A stretch of 64,000 nt of DNA from Prorocentrum cordatum (taxonomy: Eukaryota), in the NCBI GenBank assembly GCA_963575745.1, contig CAUYUJ010000237.1, positions 62,001-126,000 of the forward strand, read 5' to 3'. Under the pieces are notes generated by a model. The model did not search any database. It was given only the letters and a program-made list of their open reading frames with translations, and was not told the origin of the DNA. A program made the translations under genes and the position numbers. Below are positions 39,201-51,200 of this stretch, one piece after another; position 1 is the first letter of the stretch; the number at the start of each line of letters is the position of its first letter.

Positions 39201-42200
39201 CCGCAACGGCAGGCTCGCCCGAGTCACGGACTGCTCGGTCTTCTGTTGCACTTCGGCGCGGGGAAGTGGCACCCAGGACAGGGGAAGGCCGTCGAAACAA
39301 GCAGGGCCCCCCGAAGTCCGGGACGGGCGCGACCCCGAAGTCTGGAGCAGGGCAGAGGTGCCCGCCGCCCCCCCCCCCTCCCTGGGGTGCGCCCCGAGAG
39401 CGGAGCTCGGGTGCCCAGTACTTGCGACGTCGGTGCCATCAGTTGGTTTCCCATCCGTGGAGATGGAAAGGATGGCCGCAACCACGCCCCGGGCGCCATT
39501 CGTGAGCCCGAGGGGGACGGTGGGCACACCCCAGGTGCGATTCTGCGTCAGCGCCACCCTCGCCCCGACGCAGAGATGCAACGCGCGGCGCACCTAGCGA
39601 AAGTCATCGGCCGGCTCGTGCAAGCCGCGAGGGTCGTTGCGCCGTGCCTCGATCTTCGCGACAACTCCCGCTGCGGCGCTCGGCGCAGCCGTGACGCGCA
39701 GAGGCGCCCTGGCTGCCAGTTGCTTGCTGTTGAACTTCCCAGCAGCAGCGTTCTCCAGGGCGAGCACCACTGCCTCGCGGAACAAGTTGTCGCCCCTTTC
39801 CCAGGAGCAGTGGCTGGCAGAGCCTGGCCCAGATTCCTGGAGCACGTCGAGCTCGCGGGTCTTCCGCAACTCGTAGTCCTCCCGTGTGATCGCTGCGTCT
39901 CGGAATCTCATCGTTGATTCCTTGAAAGCGTCGACGCCCTTCTGGCGGCGAATGCGGCGCAATCGTATCGCGTCATCGATCTTGGCGAGGGTCTGCCGCC
40001 CCGCTAGGCCAACGGCTTTGGCGGCAGCACCTCTCCGTCGAGCAAAGGCGCGCCCGCGAGGAGGCTGGTCGCGAGCACGGGCGGCAGCTGCGCAAAGTCA
40101 CCCGCAAGAACAACCCCGACACAGCCGAATGGATGCATGCCCACAAGAGGTGACCTGCGAGACTGCCTGCGCCACAGAACGCGCGCAATCTCCTGCGCGC
40201 GAAGGCCGATGATCTCGAGCGCACCGGCGCCGCAGGCGGGCGCCTCGTCGACCGCCAGCAGCTCCGCGGCCTCGAGGAGGTCGACGAGCTCACCCAGGCG
40301 ATCTCCAACGAGATCTTCGGCCGCAGACGCACCATTGGCGTGGAAGATTGTCGAATGACACAGGCTCCGCTGCTCAGCTTAGCGGCAGCGACGCCAGCGA
40401 ACGCCGTGGTGTCGACGCTCTCGCACGACTTGAACCTCCTGCGGACCTCGTTGGCGGCGGTCCTGGCGGCGCGCGTCTCCCCCGTGCTAGCCGCGGACAA
40501 GACGGCAAGTGAAGCGAGGCCTGGAGCTCGCCCCGCCCGTGGGCGCCGGCAGAGCATGACGCCCCGTAGACGCCGGCAGGGCCTGGCGCCGCTCGCTGCT
40601 CCTCCCACTCCGCAGGCGCGTCCGCCAGAAGAGCGCGCCCACTGGCGAGCAGGGCGAATCGACCCCCGCCCCACCGCGTCGGTGCCGACAATGTCTCGCG
40701 CGCGCACGGATGCTGCGGGATGCCAGCGTAGTCGACGCCGCCCGGCTCATTTTGGCCCGCGAGAGCTCTTCGTGTCTGCGTCCACGGCGTTTGCGTAGTC
40801 GGTGTCTATCTCCGTGGTCAACGTTCTGTCAAGAGCGCTCTCCGCTCGTTCGGATGTCGCTCGAGCATTCTGCGGGAACGCCCCCAGGCTCGCGGCGCGC
40901 GCTATCAGTTTCTGCGGGCGCGGGCGCTCGCCGAGGTCGTCGGCGCCGTCGTCTTCGCAGCCAGACGCACCCCCGGGCCCCTCGCGGCCTGCTGCCGAAA
41001 CTCTGTTGGGCCGGCGCGCCAAGCGCCCTGCAAGAATGCCCTTCTCGTCGGAGAGATTCCCGCGGCATGTCCAACCCGCGCGGCTGAGCATGCGGAGGGT
41101 GCTCTGCAGCTTGGTCTTCGCGGGGATTCGGAAAGACCGCAGGGGGGAGCCGGCGTCGGCGCTGCCGCGCTGCGCGCGCAGGGCGGACATGTCATGATGC
41201 ATCGAGGGCGCGGATGGCACTGCGACCCCTGCCGCACGGAGCGCGACGTGGAGCTCTCTGCGCGCCCGTGGCAGGTCCTTCCGGGCGAAGGCCACCATGG
41301 CTTCCCGGATCTTTTCGTGCTCCTCATCTTGTAGCGCTGCTGCCCCGTCTCGCGCCTCCGCGCTGTCGGAGATTGCCCGGGGCTCCGCTTTGCGCCGCGC
41401 CTCGGTCGCCTCTTCTTGGTCCAGCACCGCCATGGCCTCCCGCGTCTTCTGCCTCTAGCCCGCGACCTCATCCGCGAGTCTGATTCCACTGGGGCGATGG
41501 CCGGTGTCACCTGGGAGGTCGAGTGTTTCTTCTCCTCCGCCCGCCTCCGCCCAGCCACTGCCGAGTGCCGCGCCTTCGCGCTCTTGGGAGCTTTAGGGGT
41601 TAGGGGCTCTCTTGGAACCATCTTGGAAGACATCGATCAAACAGGAGGGGAGCTTCAATTAGCCTTGCCCTTCCAGAGTGCCTAGAATCGCCTCTCGGGG
41701 CGCTCTTGGATCGCTCTTGGGCGCTTTGGGGGCCGTCTTGGGGCTCTCTTGGGCCCTTCTTGGGGCCCTCGTGGGCCATCATGGAGCCATATTGAGGCCT
41801 CGGATGGCCATCGAAATCAAAACGGCGAGACAGCAACTAACATTGGTTGTTCTCAGGTGTCGGAAGGATTTTGGCCTTTGCGGGGCCTCCTTGGGGAGCT
41901 CTTTGGAAATTTGGAGCCGCCTTGAGGCGGTCTTGGGGCCACTTGGAGCATCTTGGAAGCCACCTTGACCGATCTTGCGTTATCTTGGGCCATCTTGGAG
42001 GCCATCTCGGGCTCTTTGAGGCGCTCTTGGAACCGTCTTGGACCATCTTGGGCGCTCCGCCCCCTCGCGACCCCCCCCCGTCCAGGTCCAGGGCAGGGGG
42101 CAAGAGGGAGGGGTAAGCCCCTCCCCGGAGGGGAAGAAGGAGGCCGGAGGAGAAAGCTCCCCAGACCACCTGCGCCCTGACGGGCCGGCGGGCTCTGCTT

Positions 42201-45200
42201 TCGGGCTCGTATCCGGGGGGTCGCGTTTTTCCTCCTTCTCCTCCCCTTCCCCCTCCTCCTCCTCCTCCTTCCCTCCCTCTCCAGGCGGCACCGCCTGCCC
42301 AGAGCCGGTTTCGCCGAACAGCGTGGAGCCACCTTTGCCCGAAGCCAAGCCTATGAGCAGCCCACTGGCCCTGGCCACCTCCGAGGGGTCGCCCCTCGGA
42401 GGCGACAAGCCTGGGCGGAGGGCGGGGGCGAGGAGCGGAGGGCCACGGCCGAGGGCACATGGCGGCGGCCCCCTGGCCAGGGCCGGGAGGGCCGCGGGGG
42501 GGGGCCGCAGGGCCAGGGCCGCCTGCCGAGAAGGGCCCGCCCCCTTCCGCCCGTGGAGCGTCGGGGCCTTCCGGGCGCCTCGGGGTCACGCGCGTGGCGG
42601 GGGCGTCGGCGAGAGAGATTCGGCCCGCCCCTGGTGGGGCGGCGAGGAGTAGTAGGAGGCACGTGCGTGCCCAGGCTCGTGCCAAGAGAAGCGAGGGGCC
42701 GCAGGTGGGTTGCCGCAGGTTGCGGTGTGGCGACGTGTGGAACAGTACCCATGTGGTACTGGAGCAACCGACGTCAGAGCATAGTTGGGCAAACTGGGAA
42801 ATGAGGAGGAGGAGGAGGAGGAGGAGGAGGAGGAGGAGGAGGAGGAGGAGGAGGAGGAGGAGTCTCCGCGGAGCTTGTCGTTGCTCCTGCGCGCTGGGAG
42901 GGGAAGGGGGGGTGGATCTCTGGGAGGGGCCTCAGGGGGAGTGGACTGGTGACATGGTGCAAGCCGCACCATCGCGGCGCTTCGATGCGTCGGTGACGTC
43001 GGCGCGGGCGTTCAGGGTTGAGTACCTCCAAGGTCCAAGGTTGTCAACAAAGCCAGGGAACTTCTCCCCCCCCCTCCCCCCCTCAGAGCAGAAGCGCCAG
43101 GGAACTCTTCTCCACCCCGCATCTCACGGAAACCTCGATCCTCTCCCCACCTCCCCCAGAAACCTCGAACCCCGCCCTGCTCCGATATGATGCACACACA
43201 TTCCTCATCATTCTGCCGAGCCGGCTCCCGAGCCTGAACGAGCGCGTTTCTTCATTTTCGACGATCGTGGGCATTATAGGGTGGGGGGGGGGGCCAGGGG
43301 GGGTATAATGTAACGCCTCCCCCCCCGCCGTGCGCACGGCGGCAGTACAACCACCGAGCGCACTGGGGGGGAGGGGCGTTACGCTATAGGGGGGAGGGGG
43401 GACTGAGGGCTGTAATGCCCATTATGCCCCAAGCAAAAAAGAAACACGCTCAACGTAGCCCGCAGGGGGCCAATCGGGGCATTGTAAAACCGCCATTTTG
43501 CGGCTCCCGTCGGGCTCCAGCCAGCGGAACGGGCCACGACCCTCCAGGCGGCGGCGACAGCAGCACGACGGTAAGGGTCCAGTCTGCTTCCCCTCCTTCC
43601 CCTCCTCCTCCTCCTCCTCCTCCTCCTCCTCCTCCTCGTCCTCCTCCTCCTCCTCCTCCTCGTCCCTCGCCCTCCTCCTCCTCCTCCTCCTCCTCCCTCC
43701 TCCTCTCCTCCCCTCCTCCTCCTCCCCTTCTGAGCCACGAGCCCTCCTGCCCTCCTCCTCCTCCTCCTCCTCCTCCTCCTCCTCCTCCTCCTCCCTCCTC
43801 CTCCTCTCCTCCTCCTCCTCCCCTTCCTCCTGAGCCACGATCCGTCTCCTGCCCTCCTCCTACTCCTCCTCCTCCTCCTCCTCCTCCTCCTCCTCCTCCG
43901 CCTCCTCCTCCGCCTCCTCCTCGTCATTATCCTTCTCCACCCCTTTTCTTTATGCTTAGCTCCTCCCTGTTGCGCCCCGAGGCGTGTCGGCAGGGTAGGC
44001 CGAGCGCTTCGCTTGAGATTTCCTCACCGCGAAGCTGATAAATTGTATAAAAAATCATGGGTGGAGGGCGGNNNNNNNNNNNNNNNNNNNNNNNNNNNNN
44101 NNNNNNNNNNNNNNNNNNNNNNNNNNNNNNNNNNNNNNNNNNNNNNNNNNNNNNNNNNNNNNNNNNNNNNNGGCGAGGTCGTCGGCAGTTTGCAGGGCTC
44201 TGAAAAAGCCCGTCGAAGGCGCCGATTTCTCACACACTGCACGCAAAGAATCCGCCGCAGGCGCTGATAGCTTGTCAAGACAATGTGCGTGGGTAGTGGT
44301 CGGTTCGCGGGTAGGTCGCGGGCGGGCCCTGGGCGGGACGCGGGTGGGTCGCGGGCGGGTCGCCGGCGAGGACGGCGACGACAACAAACAAAAATCAAGC
44401 AGAATCCGTGCCGCGCACTCAGAGGTGGTGTAAAACTGCACAGCCCCCTCACTCTGACCAGCGTATCGCTCCACGGCCGGGACGACTGCGAACGTCTGCT
44501 TTCGCAGCTGCGCCGACAGGACGCCCCAGTCGCTGTGATCGTCCACGGCCCCAAGAGCACCGATTACCCAGGAACGGAGACGGCCGTCCCCATCCTGCTC
44601 CTTATGTCCCAGGCTAAAAATGCCGCGCCACCCCACGTGGACAGAACCCTCTTCCAGTTCTGAGGTACAAGGGTGGTCTGCCGACAAATATAGCCGAGGT
44701 CGTCTTGGACGCCTCCCAGGCCGCCACCTGGATCTGATCAGCCCTCCACGAAATCGTCGTCGTCGCTCAGGCCGAGGCCATTCCCGCGCTCTTCATACAG
44801 GATTTCTCTGGCGCTGCCCTAATCAACGTGGCACGCCGCAGCACACCTAACGCTGGCGGGGCCCAAGCTGCTGCGTGAGATTGGCATCATATCTCCAAGA
44901 ACAATAAAACACGGTTGGAGCTAGACGTTGTTTTGCAAGACGCTTTTGCCGCCGTCTTCACCTCGCACTTTTCCGCCGTCGCCATCAAGGAGAGCCCCGC
45001 CAGGCTTAACCGACACGGCATCACGAATGGGCAACGCAGGTTGTGTGCCACCTTTGGCGTCGACCCTACCGACGCCGACGTAGTCCCAACATTTTCAGGC
45101 TGTGCCGGCGTCATTCTCGAGCTCAGCTAACGCGCCAAGACCGATGCGTCGCGCCCCGACGACGTCGTTGTGATCTGGTATAAGGAAACACCTCCCTCGC

Positions 45201-48200
45201 TGACGCCTGCACCGAATCCCATCGTCTCGGCGCCCTCGGTGCCGTCAAGAGTGGCCATCCGAGTGAGGCGTGGCACGCTGGTGACCAGCGCCGTGCCTCT
45301 CGGGCTCCGCGGAACTACTGCAGCGTTGGCAGCCCAGTGGTACCACATCACCGCATCGGGCGGCGACGAGGCGGCATCACGACGGAGGACCGGGCGGCGA
45401 CGAGGCGATGACTGGGCGGCGACTGCGGCAACAGGGCGGCGGACCCAACAAGCGATCTCAGACGACGGGCGGCGACGTGGCGGCCATGAGTCAGCGACGG
45501 GGCGGCGACGGCGGCAACACGAAGGGAGGCCCGACAAGCGAGCCCAGACGACGGGCGGCGACGAGGCGTCGACGGCGGCAACAAGGCGGCAGTCCCGACA
45601 AACGAGCCCAGTTCCTGAGACAATAAGTAAGAACCCCTACGTGCAAGCATTGTTTGGGGAAGATACAACATGTTAGATATTTGTCTTGCATCGTATCGGG
45701 CTACGGGATCTTACACCGTGATATGCTGTGTTGTCTTGGTTTGTCCGATACCATCTTAGGTTATAGTGTGGTCTTTCTCTTATAGTATTATATCTTATCT
45801 TCTCGCCCGATTACCCATCATCTCTCTCTCTCTCACAATCTCTCGCGCTCATGCCTACCCTTTCATGATTCCTCTCGCCTTTCCTCTTTCTCCTATTATG
45901 TCATATCTCCTCTCCCTTCTCTCCTCCCCCGTGCACTATCAGTTATCTACATGATCCACCCGACTATTCTACATTATCTCTTCTTTCCTGATGCCCCCCC
46001 ATCCCGCCCCCGCCTGCCGCTGCTGCTGTCCTCCCCGCGATCCTCTTGGTGGGGGAGGCCCGCGTCTTTGCAGCTGGAGGGGTAGGGCGATCCCTGCCCC
46101 TCGTCCTCGTGTGTCGGCCTGTGCACCCGCGCGGCAGCCTCCACAGCGTCGTATTCTCTCTCTCTCTCTCTCTCTTTCTGCCCTTCCTGTCCCGCTCTCC
46201 GGCCCCGAGCGTGGCTCCCTCGGCGGCACAGCTCTCGGCCCACTGCCAGCGCGTCCCCTCCAGCTTGCATGCCGAGCTTGTAGTCCTAAGTCGGGTCTGT
46301 CCTTCTACAGGAGGAATATCCAAAAGTAGTCAAAACATTGTCTGAGGACGATTTCCTTCTGTTTTGAAGCACGATCTGCGTATTTTCTGAATCTTTCAAT
46401 TTTTCGTCTAAAATCCCCCTGTGGGAGGACATGCCCGACTTAGTGCCCTGATTCGGCGTCGAGCCCGGGGGCAAGCGAGCAAGGGCGGACTTGCTCAGAA
46501 GGCTCGGAAGTCCCCAGGCCTTCTGAGAAGTTCTCTGGGCCTGCCCCGAAGACACCGGAGACTTCTCAGAGGGCACGAGGGCTTCTGAGAGGTCCCGCCG
46601 CCTTCTGAGAAGGCCTTCTCCTTCTCACTTCCCCCCTTCCTCGCTCGCCGCCGATTCATCCGGGCCGGCAGAGAGCGTCAGGCTGGCTTCTACGGCACCT
46701 TCGACTTCCTTTACCTCCCCATAGATCCAGAGACGGGGGTCAACCGCGGGCGCCCAGGGCGACATCAAGCATGGGCAGCAGAATCGTTGACGATCGCCGT
46801 CGTTGTCAGAGTCGCTCGAGAAGTAGGCGCAGGGGCGCGGCAATAGAGGCAAGGGGAAAGAGAAGGATGAGGAGGAGTAGCGGGAGGAGGTCCGGAGCCT
46901 TTGATTATCTCTGACCCAAATCTTGACGCTTCGCGTATCCTCTCCAGCCCATTTAGAAACGATTACGAGGTGAGTCGGTTAATCAGGGACGCCTGGAAGC
47001 ACGCGGTCGCACAGCAGTTTTGGGAGCGTCAAAACTGGGTGGGCAGTACCCTGGGTCAGAAAACAAGGACCTCAAATACCTTCGCGCAGTGAAGTTTAAG
47101 GCAGAAGTCAGTGCAAGATGCGCCATGGTGTTCACTGTGGTAAGCGTCTCCTGGCGCAGGTTGCTGTATCTACTATCCGACGCCAATGTTGCGCAGATTA
47201 GAGTCGCATCTCGATGGGCATCCTTGATCTTAGCCCTTGCACTGAATTGTATCTTAAACTCGTGTGCGTTTCGAAATTTCTCAGGTGCTGGTGCTTCTGC
47301 CAGTGTTGCTGCTGATGCTGCTGCTGATGCTGCTGCTGGTGCTGCTGCTGTTGATGTTGTTGCTGCTGTTGCTAGTGCTGGTGCTGCTGCTGCTGGTGCT
47401 GCTGCTTGTGGTGCTCCTGCTGGTGGTGGTGCTGCTGCTGGGGCCATCGTGGGGGTAGGAGGAGGAGGCGGAGGAGGAGGAGGAGGAGGAGGAGGAGGAA
47501 GAGGAGGAGGAGGAGCAGTAAGAAAAAGAGGAGGAGGAGGCCATCTTTGGCTTTCTAGGGCCCTCTTGGAGACGTCTTGGACCATCTTGGACGCTGCTAT
47601 GAGTCACGCCCGGGGAGGGGGGGAGGTAAACCTCCCAAGCAGGGGAGGAAGGAGGTTGAATCTTGCAGGGTGCTTGCAGGGTCATTGCTGGGTCTTTGCA
47701 GGGTCATTGCAGGGTATTTCGAGCCCCCAAGATCTTTGGGGGGCTCTGGGAGGCCTCTTGGGGCCGTCTTGGACCCCTTCGCTTAAAAAGAGGGGCGTCG
47801 TAAATTTACGCCCCTCCCTCGGAGGCCCAAAATGGGCGTCTTGAGGCCCTCTTGGACCGCTCTTGGGGCGCTCTTGGGCGCTCTGGGGGCCGTCTTGGGG
47901 CCCTCTCGGGCCTCTCTTGGGGCTATGCTGGACCATCTTGAGGCCATCTTGACGCCTCACGAGCCCATCGGAAGCGAAAAAGGGAAAAGGCAACAAAACA
48001 TTGATTTCCCCTAGGTTTTGAATCCATTTTGGCCTCTGGGGGGAATCCTTTGAGGGCTCGGAGGGCACTTGAACCCGTCTTGGGGCCGTCTTGAAGCCTC
48101 TTGGATGTGTGTTGGAGGCTATCTTGAGCCGTCTTGAGGTACCTTGGGCGATCTTGGAGGCCATCTTGGGCTAGCTAAAGCCCTCTTGAAGCCATCTAGG

Positions 48201-51200
48201 GCCATCTTGGACGCTCTGACCCCTCGCGGGGGAGCCCGTCCAGACCCAGGGAGGGGGGGAGGTAAACCTCCCGAGGAGGGAAAGCAAGGAGGTTAGAAAA
48301 GGAGCTGGTGGGATATCTCGACATGCGTCTCCGCACCCGGTCGATCTCCGGTCGGTCTCCGAGTCTCTCGGGGTTGGCCACGGGACCTTGAAGACGAGAA
48401 GCCGCACCCGAGATCCATTCGGGATGCTGGATGGCTGGGTCCGCGTCCTCCGCTTCGTCCCTCGTCGCGTGACGGAGGTCCTCCCCCTGATTGGCCATGG
48501 TGGAGGTATTATGCCAATAGGCTTTGTTCCCTGGATCTCGGTTCCATCGATTGGCTGCGTGGCGTCTTGGCTGAGTCTGCGTCTGCTCTGGAACGTGCTG
48601 CATCGGCACAGAGATATCAATCTTGGACATCATGGGCCATCCTATCTGTCCAGGAAGGCGGTTCTGCTGCGCACCGATTCGTCAAGGGATCGATGGATTG
48701 GGCATCTTTTGACAAGACCACCCCGAACCCAGACGCCCCAGTCGGCACGCCGCAGCATCATCTTAAGGCGCGAGAAGAAGTTTGGCATTCTATCTGGGAT
48801 CCCATGAAGGAGCACCCTGATGATCCTGGCCTTGCTCTGGAATTTCCGCCGATACTTCCTGATGACCTTGCATCCTTGCCGCACCCGTCTCTGGACAAGT
48901 ACAGACAGATGTGTCGCAGATACAAGGCTCGCACGTCGGTTGGACTGGATTCGATGCATCCTCGTCACCATGCGCTCCTGTCGGACTCGTCTCTTCTGGC
49001 CTTGTTCGGCATCTGGCGGGCTGTTCTGCGACTGGGTAGATTTCCCCCCATTCTCGCGGTGCTCATCATGAATTTGATACCGAAGACTGATGGCGGCGAG
49101 CGCACTGTGGCACTGTTCACGACGTGTGTGCGCACGTTCTCTCGGTTCTTCAGGCACACGTACGGTGTTATGTTGGCGCGCCTACATCCTCGTCCATATG
49201 TGTATGGTGTGCGCGGTCACTCCTGTCAAGCATGTGTGTGGTGCATGGGCGTGCTAACGGAGCTTGCTGCGTCCAAGGGCCTGTCTGTGATTGCACTTAT
49301 GCTCGACATCCACACGGCTTTTGAACAGGTTCGCCATAAACTTCTCATTCGACGAGCTAGCGAGTTTGGGTTTCACCCGGCACTCTTGAGGGTATTTTTG
49401 TCTCTGTATCGATCCCCACGTGTGGTCACGTTGCGCCGAATCGTCGGGGAGTGGGTCAGGGCTAGTAAAACTATTGTGGCTGGTTGTTCCTTTGCCGATC
49501 TGTTTATGCGTATTTTATTGATGCCTGAGTTGGATTCCTTTCTTGAGTCTTATCCAAATATGCATCTTGGCCTCGTCGCCGACGACGTCCAGGTCCTGGG
49601 GATAGGCACGGAAAGGGAGTTGCTCAAAATGGGTCCTGATGCGTCACACCTCTTGATGAGCAAGCTGACCTTCTCTGCACGTTTGCCACTTTCTGAGAAG
49701 AAAACTGTGCTCTTGGCGACCGACCCCCAGTTGGCCCAGAGTATTGCAGCTGAAACCCCGCGTCTCGCTCGTGCCGTCAAGTTCTCCTGTCGCAACCTCG
49801 GGATTGACTATCAGCTTCGTCAGGGGCGTCGCTCTCGTCCTGTCCTCAATGGTCGTTTGAAGAAAGCCATGTCTAAGGCCCGACGCCTTCTGAGGCTAAA
49901 GAGAGCTGGTGCGAAGGTTGCAGGTGTTGTAAACACCAACCTGCGGCCCACGGCCATGTACGGCATCGATGTTGTTGGTCTGTCTAGCCATCAGATTCGT
50001 CAGGTTCGTACTATATACCACGCTGGTCTTGGCACAGGTAAGCGTCGGTCCGTCGCGATGGATTTGGCTTTGCATGGTGTTACGGACCCTGCGATTGATG
50101 CGCATGCGGAAGTTATTCGCCTCTGGACTGTCTCTAGATGGGATTCTCTTTTGCCCGTCGGTATGATAGACCAAGTGTTCCAGGAAGCCTACACCAAGGT
50201 GACGCCAGATACCCCGTGGACTGACTTGCAGGGCCAGGACAGATCTCGGTAGCCACTCTGCGTCGGATTGGGTGGCCTGCGGTCTCGCCCACAATATGGC
50301 GGAATTCTCTTGGAACCGACGTCGATATTTCGTCTACGTCCCCTCGTGAGGTGGTTGCATTGGTGACTCGTGACGCGACTGTCTGGGCTTGGAAGCAGGC
50401 CTCTGAGCGTCACCCAGCCTTCAGTCACCTGTCTGGGCCCCCCCTTCCTGCCTCCTCTACTCCCCCTTTTGTCAAAAAGGACTGAAGGATGGGGGGTGCT
50501 CCAGCAACGTGCTCTGGGGGCCTTTCTATCTGGGGGCATATACTTAAACCTCGGTGCCTCATTTGTCAGATTGTCCCTTCTGACCCAGTGTTTCACACCC
50601 TCTACGAGTGTGATGGGCTTCTGGAGTTTCGTCGTTGGTTCGGCCCGACTCCAGCCCTCACACGCTGCATAGAGCAGTATCGCGAGTACCCTGTCTGGAC
50701 CACTGCCATGGTTCCCGACCCGCGCTATAGCTCCTTGCTCGCACCACCTTCCCCAGACCCTGTCTGGGAAGGGGCCACCGGCGGCCCCTTTTTCTCGTCG
50801 CCTGCGTATGGAGACGGTTCGGGGAAGCATGGTCCCTCGCCGCTCACTCTCCGCTGTAGATGGGGCGTCTGCTCATTTGCCCCGCGTAGCCGAAACGTCG
50901 TTGGTGAGCCTCTCGCCAATACTCGGCTTCGTCTCAATGCTGGAGCTTACGGCATGCATCCTTTTCTCACCCAGGATGTCCCAGGGTCTGAGCTCTATGC
51001 GTTTTTATTTTATCTCACCCATGCTGCCCCCTCCGACTGCTATGAGTACGTCACGGATGCCCAGTATGTCGCTGACGGCTGGGCAATGGGGTTTGAAGCT
51101 ACCACGCACGGCTGGGCCACCCATGCATCCTTGTGGGTCAGGGTTCACCGTGCGGCCTCAGATCTCGGGTATCACCTAATTAAGGTCACCAGGTTCCGTG

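Larger units (their letters stand above)
38520..40520 (-). pseudogene. PIF1: Decayed Pif1-family SF1B helicase, probably Helitron-derived
   Basis: Motifs in order with stops and frameshifts: AFAGVAA (Ia), LLAVDE (II), FGCVGVVLAGDFAQLPPV (III), RRIRRQKG (IV), LCVGARVALTQN..GLTNGARG, LPLRSAWAL|TVHRSRG (V). No Rep domain recognised. Confidence 0.85.

Noticed and set aside
40746..40765. Further SL relics (CATTTTGGCCCG here; CCATTTTG at ~43492 and ~48024)
   Set aside because: Matches are too short and lie inside other repeats or coding relics.
46900..47460. Minus-strand 200-aa ORF with Ala/Pro-rich start
   Set aside because: Half of it is (GCT)n/(GAG)n repeat and the remainder has no recognisable motif.
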